Source of the DNA: Nitrospirota bacterium
GTDB taxonomy: Bacteria > Nitrospirota > Thermodesulfovibrionia > Thermodesulfovibrionales > JdFR-86
Assembly (NCBI GenBank): GCA_963721805.1
Contig: CAVRJY010000001.1
Span: 64,001-128,000 of the forward strand
Direction of reading: 5' to 3'
DNA length: 64,000 bases
Part shown: positions 20,494 through 29,838 of the stretch, piece by piece
Numbering within the stretch: the first letter of the stretch is position 1
How the letters are laid out: every line of letters starts with the position of its first letter
Translations under genes and position numbers: made by a program
The notes under the pieces: generated by a model
Database searches by the model: none
What the model was told of the DNA's origin: nothing
What the model saw: the letters and a program-made list of their open reading frames with translations, nothing else

Positions 20494-20585
20494 TTCACTA
20501 ATGCTATCAAATCGATGGTAGGTATTTCAATGATGAACGGCGCTTTGCTCATAGCGGATACAAATCTAATCAGCTCCATCCCACG

Positions 20586-20632
20586 AAAGCGCGCGAAATC
20601 GTATCAGACAAGGAAGGGGCCAGTCGGCCCCC
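20586..20632 (+). repeat. Long-hairpin element, 5' fragment capped by a mini-hairpin
   Basis: AAAGCGCGCGAAATCGTATCAGACAAGG followed by GGGGCCAGTCGGCCCC. Confidence 0.7.
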
Positions 20633-20661
20633 TATGGTATATTAAGTATTGGTGTAAAAGG

Positions 20662-21240
20662 ATGCGAAACCTTGCTTATAAGCTGGCGGCGATCTGCGCG
20701 TTTTTGAGCGTATTGCTGTTTTGCGCGTCGTTTGCGTATGCCGCCAATATTACAGGCCCCGAGGTGCGACTCGACCAGCAGGGCATATACGTCGCGGCCG
20801 GCGTGAGGCTCGAGCCCCAGGAGCAGCAGGACATCCGCGAGGGCATCCAGAAGGACATCGACATATTCATCGACCTCTTCCGCGTCTGGCGCTTCTGGCC
20901 GGACGAGTTCGTGCTCGGCACGAAGTATACCCAGACGCTGCGCTGCGACCCTGTGAAGAAAGAATATGTCGCGACCTCCCTTACCGGCACGCGCGAGCGC
21001 GTGCACCGCTTCGAGGACTGCGACGCCCTGATGAACTGGGCCCTGAACATCCCGGAGATCATGCTCACGCACGTGGGCGAGCTCGAGCCGGGGGAGTATT
21101 TCGTCAAGGTCACGGCCGAGTCGCGCCTGCGGCGCCTGCCTCCGTTTATAGACCAGCTGTTTTTCTTCGTCCCGCAGAAGGAATACCACATAGAGGGCCG
21201 CTCGCAACCGTTCCCGATAGGCGGGGGTGCCGCGAAATGA
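20662..21240 (+). CDS. DUF4390-like periplasmic protein
   Basis: Signal peptide and FRVWRFWPDE; typical position upstream of ntrY; ATGA overlap with ntrY. Confidence 0.7.
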   Translation: MRNLAYKLAAICAFLSVLLFCASFAYAANITGPEVRLDQQGIYVAAGVRLEPQEQQDIREGIQKDIDIFIDLFRVWRFWPDEFVLGTKYTQTLRCDPVKKEYVATSLTGTRERVHRFEDCDALMNWALNIPEIMLTHVGELEPGEYFVKVTAESRLRRLPPFIDQLFFFVPQKEYHIEGRSQPFPIGGGAAK

Positions 21241-23270
21241 GGCTGAACGCCAAAAAGAGCGCGCTCCTGGCTGTCTGCGTCCTCGGCTTGTTCGCAATCG
21301 CGCTCGGGCTGGAGGTCGCCTTCGTGCACACTGCCGTGGAAACGCTTGCCGGCCGCGCGGTGTTTTTCTTCACGCTGGACCTGATGGTGCTGGTACTGGT
21401 CGCGATCCTGATCGCGGTCGTCAAGCCGTTTATCGCCCTGCTGCGCGAGCGGCGCGAGCGCGTGCTCGGCTACAAGTTCAAGACGAAGATGACGGTCTTC
21501 TTCGTCGTGACCGCCGCGATCCCGGCCGCGCTGCTTTTCCTGATATCGACCCAGCTCGGGACGCGCTACATAGAGCGCATCTATACGCCGCAAGTCCGGC
21601 AGTCCTTCGCCGGATCCATAGAGCTTGCGAAGCACTACTACGCCGAGGAGCGCAGGCTGGCGCGGTATTTCGCCTCCGTAGCGCTCAAGGGCGAGCCGGT
21701 GCCCGGAGAGTACGCCATAGAGCGGCTCGTCCGGCCCCCCGATGACGCATCCGGCGTGATCGCCGCCGCGTTCGAGCGCCGCGAGCAGGGGGCCGAGATA
21801 GTCTCCTCCCCGGACGGCGACATGGTGATCGGGGCCGCCCCGGACCCGGCCGGCGGCGTGGTCTTCGTGGTCAGGAAGCTCATCCCCAGGGCCGCGAGCG
21901 AGTACGTCCGCATGATCATGGACGCGCACGAGGACTACACGAAGACCGACGCCTGGAAATCTCAGGTGAAGCTCAACTACCTGCTCCTGATGGGGTTCTT
22001 CGCGCTCACGATCATCTTCATGTCGCTGTGGCTCTCGCTTAAGATCTCGGGCTGGATAGCCGAGCCGGTGCGCGACCTCGCCTCGGCCACGAACGAGGTA
22101 GCCTCCGGTAACCTCTCGGTCTCCGTGACCTCGCGCCGCAATGACGAGATGGGCCAGCTCACCGAGTCGTTCAACCGCATGGTGCGCCAGATGCGGCAGG
22201 ACAAGGAATCCCTCAACAGCGCGTACACGCGCCTGAGCACCGCATTTTTAAACCTCGAAAGCATAGTCACTAATATCCACAGCGGCGTCATCTCGCTTGA
22301 CGAGGCCGGAAACGTCGTTGCGATCAACGCGGCCGCATGCCGCATATTCGGCATCCCGGAGGCCGGGGACGTGATGGGCAAGTTCTACCCAGCGTTTCTG
22401 GCCAACGTCCGCTCGGAAGAGCTCCAGGAGATGATAAAATCCATAAATATCAAGACGTTACAATCAATCGAGAAAGAGGTCAACGCCGACATCTCAGGCC
22501 GTCAGGCCCTGCTGCGGGTTTCGGTTACCGGGCTTAAAAACGTCGGCGCCGAGCACCTCGGCATCCTCGTCGTCATCGACGACATCACGGACGTAGTCCG
22601 CGCCCAGCGCGCCCTGATGTGGCAGGAGGTCGCGCAGGTTATGGCCCACGAGATCAAAAACCCGCTGACCCCGATCCTGCTCTCGACCGAGCGCATGCTC
22701 AAGAAGTGGGAGAGGAAGGACGAAGACTTCCCGGTCGCGTTCGAGCGGGCCACCAGGGCGATCATCAAGGAGGTCCATTCCCTAAAGAGGCTGGTCGACC
22801 AGTTCTCTAAGTTCGGTAAACTGCCGGAAATAAAGAAGATTTTAACTAGCCTGCGCCCTATCGTCGATGAGGTGCGCTCGCTGTATCAAGACACGGACGG
22901 CCTCGTGCTGAGCGTCGAACTCCCGGACGATATGCCGGACGTCGCGCTCGACCCCGAGCAGTTCAAGCGCGTCTTGATCAACCTTATAGAGAACGCCGCG
23001 CAGGCGATGAAGGGGCGGGGCTCGGTCGTGCTCCGCTTCAGGACCGACGCCGAGCGCAGCACCATGATAACCGAGGTCGCGGATACCGGCCCGGGCATCC
23101 GGGATGAGGACAAGGAGCGGGTGTTTCAGCCCTATAAGTCCGGCAAGAAGGAAGGCACCGGGCTTGGGCTTGCGATCTCGCACCGCATCATCGAGGAGCA
23201 CGGGGGCCGCATCTGGGTGCACGACAACCAGCCGAAAGGCTGCGTATTTACAATAGAATTACCGATCTAA
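21237..23270 (+). CDS. ntrY: NtrY-like HAMP-PAS sensor histidine kinase
   Basis: TM segments, HAMP (DEMGQLTESFNRM), PAS, WQEVAQVMAHEIKNPLTPI and GTGLGL. Confidence 0.9.
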   Translation: MRLNAKKSALLAVCVLGLFAIALGLEVAFVHTAVETLAGRAVFFFTLDLMVLVLVAILIAVVKPFIALLRERRERVLGYKFKTKMTVFFVVTAAIPAALLFLISTQLGTRYIERIYTPQVRQSFAGSIELAKHYYAEERRLARYFASVALKGEPVPGEYAIERLVRPPDDASGVIAAAFERREQGAEIVSSPDGDMVIGAAPDPAGGVVFVVRKLIPRAASEYVRMIMDAHEDYTKTDAWKSQVKLNYLLLMGFFALTIIFMSLWLSLKISGWIAEPVRDLASATNEVASGNLSVSVTSRRNDEMGQLTESFNRMVRQMRQDKESLNSAYTRLSTAFLNLESIVTNIHSGVISLDEAGNVVAINAAACRIFGIPEAGDVMGKFYPAFLANVRSEELQEMIKSINIKTLQSIEKEVNADISGRQALLRVSVTGLKNVGAEHLGILVVIDDITDVVRAQRALMWQEVAQVMAHEIKNPLTPILLSTERMLKKWERKDEDFPVAFERATRAIIKEVHSLKRLVDQFSKFGKLPEIKKILTSLRPIVDEVRSLYQDTDGLVLSVELPDDMPDVALDPEQFKRVLINLIENAAQAMKGRGSVVLRFRTDAERSTMITEVADTGPGIRDEDKERVFQPYKSGKKEGTGLGLAISHRIIEEHGGRIWVHDNQPKGCVFTIELPI

Positions 23271-23296
23271 GCCATGCAAGAAGGGGGCTCATAGCG

Positions 23297-24658
23297 ATGT
23301 CGACGGTGCTCATAATTGACGACGAAGAGGGCATAAGGGAGAGTCTCTCTGACATCCTCTCGGACGAGGGCTTCCGCACCGTGCTCGCCGGGAGCGCCGA
23401 GGAGGGCCTGAAGCTGATCGAGGATGAGCAGCCCGACCTCGTATTCCTCGACGTCTGGCTCCCCGGGATGGACGGCATCGAGGCCTTAGGCAGGATCAAG
23501 GAGATAAAACCCGACCTCCCGGTCATACTGATCTCCGGCCACGGGAATATAGAGATAGCCGTGAAGGCCACGAAGATCGGTGCGCATGACTTCATAGAAA
23601 AGCCGCTTTCGCTGGAGCGCGTCGTGCTTGCGGCCAAGCACGCGCTCGCGCTTCAGAGCCTCGCGCGCGAGAACCTCACGCTTCGTGCGACAATCTCCCG
23701 CGGGATGAAGCTCGTTGGGACCTCGGCCCCCATCCGCTCGATCCGGCAGCAGATCGAGATGGCCGCCAGAAGCTCCGCGCGCGTGCTCATAACGGGCGAG
23801 AGCGGCACCGGCAAGGAGATCGTGGCCCGGATGCTCCATGACATGAGCGCCAGGGCCTCCGGCCCATATATCGAGGTAAACTGCGCCGCGATACCCGAGG
23901 AGCTGATCGAGAGCGAGCTGTTCGGCCATGAGAAGGGCTCTTTTACCGGCGCGTTCGAGACGAAGAAGGGCAAGTTCGAGCTTGCTGACGGCGGGACGCT
24001 CTTTCTGGACGAGATCGGCGACATGTCAATGCAGACCCAGGCCAAGCTCCTGCGCGTGCTCGAGACCCAGGAGTTCCAGCGCGTCGGCGGATCGAAGAAC
24101 ATCAAGGTCGACGTCCGCGTCCTTTCGGCCACGAATAAGGACCTCGTCGAGCTTATCCGCAAGGGCAGGTTCAGGGAGGACCTCTACTACAGGATCAACG
24201 TGATCCCCATACACCTGCCCCCGCTGCGCGAGCGCAAGGAGGACATCCCGGAGCTGGTCGAGCACTTCCTCGATCTGACCGCAGCGGAATGCGGCCAGGC
24301 CCGGAAGAAGGTCGGGGAGGGGCTGCTCAAGGCGCTCGAAACCCAGGACTGGCCTGGCAATATCCGGGAGCTCAAGAACGCTATCGAGCGGCTCGCGATC
24401 ATGACCCGCACCGAACGGCTCGGCCCGGAGGGGCTCAGGCCCGGTGGGCCTGTCATATCTGCCGAGGAGCCGGGATTTTTCAGCATACGCACGCTCAAGG
24501 ACGCGCGCGACGCCTTCGAGCGCGAGTTCATCGGGCGGAAGCTCGCGGAGAACGGCTGGAACGTTACCAAGACCGCCGAGGCGCTCGATATCGAGCGCAG
24601 CAACCTCCACCGCAAGATCAAGGGCTACGAGATCAAGCTCCCCGGCGGACAGGGCTAG
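23297..24658 (+). CDS. ntrX: NtrX-like sigma54-type response regulator
   Basis: REC domain (LDVWLP), GESGTGKE, ESELFGHEKGSFTGA, WPGNIRELKN and a Fis-type HTH. Confidence 0.9.
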   Translation: MSTVLIIDDEEGIRESLSDILSDEGFRTVLAGSAEEGLKLIEDEQPDLVFLDVWLPGMDGIEALGRIKEIKPDLPVILISGHGNIEIAVKATKIGAHDFIEKPLSLERVVLAAKHALALQSLARENLTLRATISRGMKLVGTSAPIRSIRQQIEMAARSSARVLITGESGTGKEIVARMLHDMSARASGPYIEVNCAAIPEELIESELFGHEKGSFTGAFETKKGKFELADGGTLFLDEIGDMSMQTQAKLLRVLETQEFQRVGGSKNIKVDVRVLSATNKDLVELIRKGRFREDLYYRINVIPIHLPPLRERKEDIPELVEHFLDLTAAECGQARKKVGEGLLKALETQDWPGNIRELKNAIERLAIMTRTERLGPEGLRPGGPVISAEEPGFFSIRTLKDARDAFEREFIGRKLAENGWNVTKTAEALDIERSNLHRKIKGYEIKLPGGQG

Positions 24659-24720
24659 ACATAGGGGGCGACCGCCCCTTTGCTCAGATCGCGCACCTTC
24701 AACAAGTCGTTCGTCTGGAT

Positions 24721-24736
24721 TGTTCCACGTGGAACA
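24721..24736. promoter_or_regulatory. parS centromere site 1
   Basis: TGTTCCACGTGGAACA, the canonical 16-bp parS palindrome. Confidence 0.9.
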
Positions 24737-24782
24737 ATCCGTCCTCTCTCGCCAGCCTTTAGCCTGTCTGTTGTGTCCTCAT

Positions 24783-24798
24783 TGTTCCACGTGGAACA
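24783..24798. promoter_or_regulatory. parS centromere site 2
   Basis: TGTTCCACGTGGAACA. Confidence 0.9.
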
Positions 24799-24967
24799 TC
24801 GCGCGGTCTATTAACTATAGTTACTGACAAGCATCCGGCTAATAGGCGTAACATATTGAAATATATAGTTATTTAGCCCGTCTCTCTGTCGGCTATATGT
24901 TGGGTTTTGTTGCCCGCGCATGTCAGAATCGTGTTGGTGGATGAGCGGATAAGCTGTTGAGGGAGGG

Positions 24968-26635
24968 TCAGTAATCGAGTTTCAGGTTGCGGGTGGTGTC
25001 GGCCGCCTCGGCGCGCTTGAAGGCCGCCACGCGGTATGGCAGGTTCGGGCGGTCTCCGGCGAGGAGCTTCTCTATCGTGAGTATCTGGAGGCGCGGGAAG
25101 TCCCAGTTGAGTATGTCCGAGTGATAGAAGCCCTTTGTCGCGGCCTCGGTGGTCATATCGCGCGTCGGGGGCTCCAAGGTGATGAGGATGCCGAACTCGG
25201 CCTTCTCGCGGTCGGCCACATGGCCCAAATCGCGCATGTCCTTTACCGAGACCTTGCCGCTTTTGACCGAGACTATGCCGCGCGATATCTGGTCCTTGGC
25301 CTCATGGAAGTAGACATAGCCGTCGATCCCGGTGTCCGAGCCCTTCTTCCTGTCCCCGTAGGGCCGCGCGTCTATCAGCGAGAGCGCCCACCACTGGAAC
25401 TGGTAGCGGTCCTGAAGCGCAAGCTCCCGCGCGCCCGTAAGGTCCTCCGGCTCGCCTATGACCTTATAGTCCTTGCCCGGCTCTATCGAGAACATGTGCT
25501 TTAGCCGCCACTTGATGAGGTTCACCGAGAGGTGCGTGACGTCTATCCCTATCCAGCGGCGGTTTAGCCGTTGCGCGGCGGTGATAGTGGTGCCGCAGCC
25601 GCAGAACGGGTCGAGCACCACATCGCCCTCATTCGATGAGGCCTTAATGATGCGCTCCAGAAGCGCCTCCGGCTTCTGCGTCGGATAGCCGAGGCGTTCC
25701 TGTGCATGTGCGGATATTGGATTGATGTCATTTATGACATCTCTAATCGGTACGCCTGCATCTTCATTTATATATCTTTTCAATCCGGGTATTCCGCCGT
25801 CTTTTGCTGGCCAGTAGACCAAACCTTTTTTATCCAGAAGATCTAACTTTTCTTGTGTTGACATTTTATCTAAATCAATTTTCCCCTTTACTTCATTAAG
25901 GATTTTCATGGGGACTGCCCAGTGGCGTCCTTTGGATGTCGGGTCTATATCCCTCCAAGGCTTTCCTGAGTCACCTGTCCTCGTTCCCGCACCAGTTAAA
26001 TCGCCAACACGATAAACTCCGCCTTTGTCTTTATATCTGTAAAAATTCTCAATGTATGTTTCGTCATACTGTTCAAATACAGGATTCCAGACAGGCTCTC
26101 TGTCCTTGCCGTAGAAAAGTATTACATCATGGACTGGCCCCCATCTCTTTGATCCACTATGGCTGCTTGTCCTTTTCCACACTATCTCATTCCTGAAATT
26201 CTTCTTCCCGAATATCGTATCCATTACAACCTTTAGATAGTGTGACGCGGTGGGGTCACAATGCAGATAGATGCTCCCTGTGTCCTTGAGCACGCGCCTG
26301 AGTTCCAAAAGCCGCACGCACATCATCGTGAGATATGCCATCATGTCGTTTACCCCGATGAACGATCTAAACGCGCGCATCATCTCTACCACGTTGGCGG
26401 GCGCGGCCTCGACTATCGCCTGAAACGTCCGCTCCGCGTCCTCGTTCCAGTGCCAGGTGTCCTCAAACGCGGTGATCTGCGCGTCCGAGGACTTGCCGGT
26501 CGGTTCCTTGAAGAGTATGTTGTAGTCGGCCTTTGAGTTAAACGGCGGGTCGAGGTATATCAGGTCTGCCGATGCGTCCGGGACGTAGCGCCTCAGGATG
26601 TCGAGGTTGTCGCCGAAGTAGAGGGTGTTGTCCAT
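24968..26635 (-). CDS. Beta-class adenine DNA methyltransferase fused to a C-terminal Mrr-like nuclease domain
   Basis: [29 protein letters not shown]-terminal DTGIDG...VSVKSG. Confidence 0.87.
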   Translation of the reverse strand: MDNTLYFGDNLDILRRYVPDASADLIYLDPPFNSKADYNILFKEPTGKSSDAQITAFEDTWHWNEDAERTFQAIVEAAPANVVEMMRAFRSFIGVNDMMAYLTMMCVRLLELRRVLKDTGSIYLHCDPTASHYLKVVMDTIFGKKNFRNEIVWKRTSSHSGSKRWGPVHDVILFYGKDREPVWNPVFEQYDETYIENFYRYKDKGGVYRVGDLTGAGTRTGDSGKPWRDIDPTSKGRHWAVPMKILNEVKGKIDLDKMSTQEKLDLLDKKGLVYWPAKDGGIPGLKRYINEDAGVPIRDVINDINPISAHAQERLGYPTQKPEALLERIIKASSNEGDVVLDPFCGCGTTITAAQRLNRRWIGIDVTHLSVNLIKWRLKHMFSIEPGKDYKVIGEPEDLTGARELALQDRYQFQWWALSLIDARPYGDRKKGSDTGIDGYVYFHEAKDQISRGIVSVKSGKVSVKDMRDLGHVADREKAEFGILITLEPPTRDMTTEAATKGFYHSDILNWDFPRLQILTIEKLLAGDRPNLPYRVAAFKRAEAADTTRNLKLDY

Positions 26636-26682
26636 CGCATCCGATTATAACAAAAGCGCAAAACTCTCACAAAGAAATTTAA

Positions 26683-26864
26683 TCAATGCCGTTGACCGCT
26701 CGCGCTTGACCCACGGGCATAACCAAAGCGCGATAAATCGGGGGCGGCTGCCCCTTTACTTCAGACAAGGAACCGGACGAAAAATAACCGGAGGCGTATA
26801 TGGACATACGTCGAGGATTATTTTTCGGGCGGTGACACAGTATGAAGCGATTTAGCGCGGCTTT
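26683..26864 (+). repeat. Long-hairpin element, copy 5 (divergent; core 26725-26864)
   Basis: ATGCCGTTGACC leader, ACTTCAGACAAGG, apex CGTAT-ATGGAC-ATACG and GTATGAAGCGATTTAGCGCGGCTTT end. Confidence 0.85.
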
Positions 26865-26876
26865 AGAACTGCGACC

Positions 26877-28133
26877 TTACTCGTACCTTAGCATCTCCGC
26901 CGGATTCAGCTTCGCGGCCTGCCACGAGGGGTATACGGTTGCGAGGAAGCTTATCACGAGCGCCGAGACCGTAACCGCCGTGAAGTCGCCAACGTTGATC
27001 TTGGCCGGCAGGTAGCTCAGGTAATAGACGTCCGGCGGGAGCTTGATGAGGTGGTACTTGTTCATCAGCACACAGACCGTAAGCCCTGCGCCAAGCCCGA
27101 TCAGCGTCCCAACGAGCCCGATCAGGAAGCCCTGTATCATGAAGATCGCCATTATCCCGCGCCGCGTGGCGCCCATGGCCTTCAGTATCGCTATCTCGCG
27201 CTGCTTTTCCATCACGTTCATGATCTGGGTGCTGACGATGTTAAACGCGGCCACGAGCACTATGAGCGTGAGTATCACGAACATCGCGAGCTTCTCGAGC
27301 TTGAGCGCCGCAAAGAGGTTGCGGTTCATCTGTATCCAGTTTTTGGTGTAGTACGGGTATCCGAGCTTCTTGTTGATCGCCTCGCCGGTGGCCACTACGT
27401 CGTAGATGTCGCGCACCTTAAGCTCTATGCCGGTCACAGCGCCCGAAAGTTCGAAGAACTCCTGCGCCTCGGGCATACCGGTGAGCACGAGGTTCGAGTC
27501 GTACTCGAACATCCCGACCTCGAATATCCCCGCAACCTTGAACCGCCGAGCCTTCGGCAGCGTGCCCATCGGCCCCTCTCCCCCGAACGGTGAGATCACC
27601 TTCACGCTGTCGCCAAGCGTTACGCCGAGCCGCTCCGCAAGCTCCGAGCCTATCACGATGCCGGGCAGGGGCCCGGCCCCATTGGCTATCGGGGCAGATG
27701 GTTTTGAGGTGAGGTCAGCGAGCGACCCGAGCTTCATGTGAGATTCCAGCTCGGTCGTCTTCATCTCGGCCGCGGGCTCGATGCCCCGGACGTATACGCC
27801 CTGCGCGCGGCCCTCGGCAGCGATCATCGCCTGCCCGAGCACGAACGGCGAGGCCGATATGACGTTCGGCTCGGTCGATGCGGTCTTTATAGCCTTATCG
27901 TAGTCCGGGATATCGCCCGAGAAGCTCATGACCACCAGGTGGGTCGTGACGCCGAGGATCTTCTTTTGGAGGTCTTCCTGAAACCCGCTCATCACGGCCA
28001 GCACGATCAGGAGCGCCATCACGCCTACGGTCACGCCGCCCATGGATATCGCGGTGCTCAGCGAGATGGCCTTGTGGATCTTCTTGGACTTGAGGTATCT
28101 GAATGCGACTATCGCCTGATAGGGCAGCGCCAT
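26877..28133 (-). CDS. lolE: Lipoprotein-releasing ABC transporter permease LolC/E
   Basis: VLAVMSGF, LEKLAMF..VAAFNI, EIAILKAMGA and PSWQAAKLNPAEMLRYE. Confidence 0.92.
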   Translation of the reverse strand: MALPYQAIVAFRYLKSKKIHKAISLSTAISMGGVTVGVMALLIVLAVMSGFQEDLQKKILGVTTHLVVMSFSGDIPDYDKAIKTASTEPNVISASPFVLGQAMIAAEGRAQGVYVRGIEPAAEMKTTELESHMKLGSLADLTSKPSAPIANGAGPLPGIVIGSELAERLGVTLGDSVKVISPFGGEGPMGTLPKARRFKVAGIFEVGMFEYDSNLVLTGMPEAQEFFELSGAVTGIELKVRDIYDVVATGEAINKKLGYPYYTKNWIQMNRNLFAALKLEKLAMFVILTLIVLVAAFNIVSTQIMNVMEKQREIAILKAMGATRRGIMAIFMIQGFLIGLVGTLIGLGAGLTVCVLMNKYHLIKLPPDVYYLSYLPAKINVGDFTAVTVSALVISFLATVYPSWQAAKLNPAEMLRYE

Positions 28134-28147
28134 TGGGTCACGGGGGG

Positions 28148-29698
28148 TCAGAGACCCCTTTCCTCTTCAGGCTTCGAAGCGTCAGTGTCCGCCGGTGCGC
28201 CTGTAGGCACGGTCTGGCCGTGCATCTCGGGCTTGAGCTGCGGGAAGAGTATGACGTCCTTGATCGTATGGGAGTTGGTGAGTATCATCACGAGCCGGTC
28301 GATCCCGATGCCCTCGCCCGCTGCGGGGGGCATCGCGTACTCAAGCGCGCGGACGAAGTCGTCGTCCATGCGCAGGGCCTCGTCGTCGCCCTGCTCGCGC
28401 GCAAGCGCCTGCTCGCGAAACCGCCCGAACTGGTCGATTGGATCATTAAGCTCGCTAAACGCGTTTGCGACCTCCCAGCCCGCTACGAAGAGCTCGAACC
28501 GCTCTACTAGATGCGGCTGCTCGGCCTTGCGCTTCGCAAGCGGCGAGAGCCCGACCGGGTAGTCCGTGACGAACGTGGGCTGTATGAGCTTCGGCTCGAC
28601 GAACTTCGAGAATATCTCGTCGAGCACCTTGGCGTGCGAAGCGCCCTTCGGCACGTCGAGCTCCTGCTGGATCGCCCACTCTAGCGCGAACCTCTCGTCA
28701 GTGATCGCCATGGCAGGCACGCCGTTGTCGAGCATGGCCTTCTCAAAAGGCAGCCGCGGCCAGGGCGAGGTGAAGTCTATCGTGTGCTCGCCGAAAGTGA
28801 CTATATGAGTCCCGATGGCCTTGTCCATGATCGTGACGAAAAGCTCCTCGGTGAAGTCCATAAGGAAGTTGTAGTCCTTGTAAGCGGCGTAAAACTCGAT
28901 CATCGTAAACTCGGGGTTATGCTTCTTTGAGAGCCCTTCGTTTCTAAAGTTGCGGTTGAGCTCGAACACGCGCTCAAATCCACCAACCAGCAGGCGTTTC
29001 AAGTAAAGCTCCGGCGCGATGCGCAGGTAGAGGTCTATCCCTAGCGCGTTATGGTGGGTCTTAAACGGCTTCGCCGTAGCGCCTCCGGGCACCGCCTGCA
29101 TCATCGGCGTCTCGACCTCGATGAAGCCGTGCTCCTCGAGGTGGTCGCGGATAGCCTTGATGATCGCGGAACGGCGGCGGAAGGTCTCCTTGACGTCGGG
29201 GTTGACGATGAGGTCGAGGTAGCGCTGGCGGTAGCGGGTCTCTGTGTCCGTGAGGCCGTGGAACTTCTCCGGCAGCGGGCGCAGGGCCTTCGCGAGGAAG
29301 CTCATCGCGCTGACCTCTAATGTCAGCTCGTTCGTGCGGGTCCTAAACAGCCTACCGGTGACGCCTATGAGGTCTCCGAGGTCCAGGAGCTTGACGATCT
29401 TGAATGCGTCCTCGCCCATGATGTCGCGCTTGAGGTAGATCTGCAGGCGGCCGGTGGCGTCCTGCAGGTGCGCGAAGACGGCCTTGCCGAAGCTCCGGAC
29501 CATGATGAGCCGCCCGGCGAGCGTGAAGCGGCCGCTCTCGGCCTCGAGGGCCTCGTGAGAGAGCCCGGCGTAGCGCACGTTGATGTCGCGCGCGCTGTCG
29601 GGGTTCTCAAACGGCTGGCCGAACGGCTTGACGCCGAGGGCTTCGAGTTCCCGCATCTTGATCATGCGGCTTTCCGTATGTTCGTTTTGCTCCAGCAT
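28148..29698 (-). CDS. lysS: Lysine--tRNA ligase (class II)
   Basis: RYRQRYLDL, YLRIAPELYLKRL, FRNEG..HNPEF and GEGIGIDRL. Confidence 0.98.
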   Translation of the reverse strand: MLEQNEHTESRMIKMRELEALGVKPFGQPFENPDSARDINVRYAGLSHEALEAESGRFTLAGRLIMVRSFGKAVFAHLQDATGRLQIYLKRDIMGEDAFKIVKLLDLGDLIGVTGRLFRTRTNELTLEVSAMSFLAKALRPLPEKFHGLTDTETRYRQRYLDLIVNPDVKETFRRRSAIIKAIRDHLEEHGFIEVETPMMQAVPGGATAKPFKTHHNALGIDLYLRIAPELYLKRLLVGGFERVFELNRNFRNEGLSKKHNPEFTMIEFYAAYKDYNFLMDFTEELFVTIMDKAIGTHIVTFGEHTIDFTSPWPRLPFEKAMLDNGVPAMAITDERFALEWAIQQELDVPKGASHAKVLDEIFSKFVEPKLIQPTFVTDYPVGLSPLAKRKAEQPHLVERFELFVAGWEVANAFSELNDPIDQFGRFREQALAREQGDDEALRMDDDFVRALEYAMPPAAGEGIGIDRLVMILTNSHTIKDVILFPQLKPEMHGQTVPTGAPADTDASKPEEERGL

Positions 29699-29838
29699 AA
29701 CAGTAACCCGAATTATATAGCCGTAGCGCGTTAAGAGTCAATTAAGCGGTGTCCTCAACAGGGCGCGCCGTGCGCCTGATATGGTAAAATAAAAGGTATT
29801 TTTGAACCCGCATCTTGCATAAGGAGCCAATAGACCCA

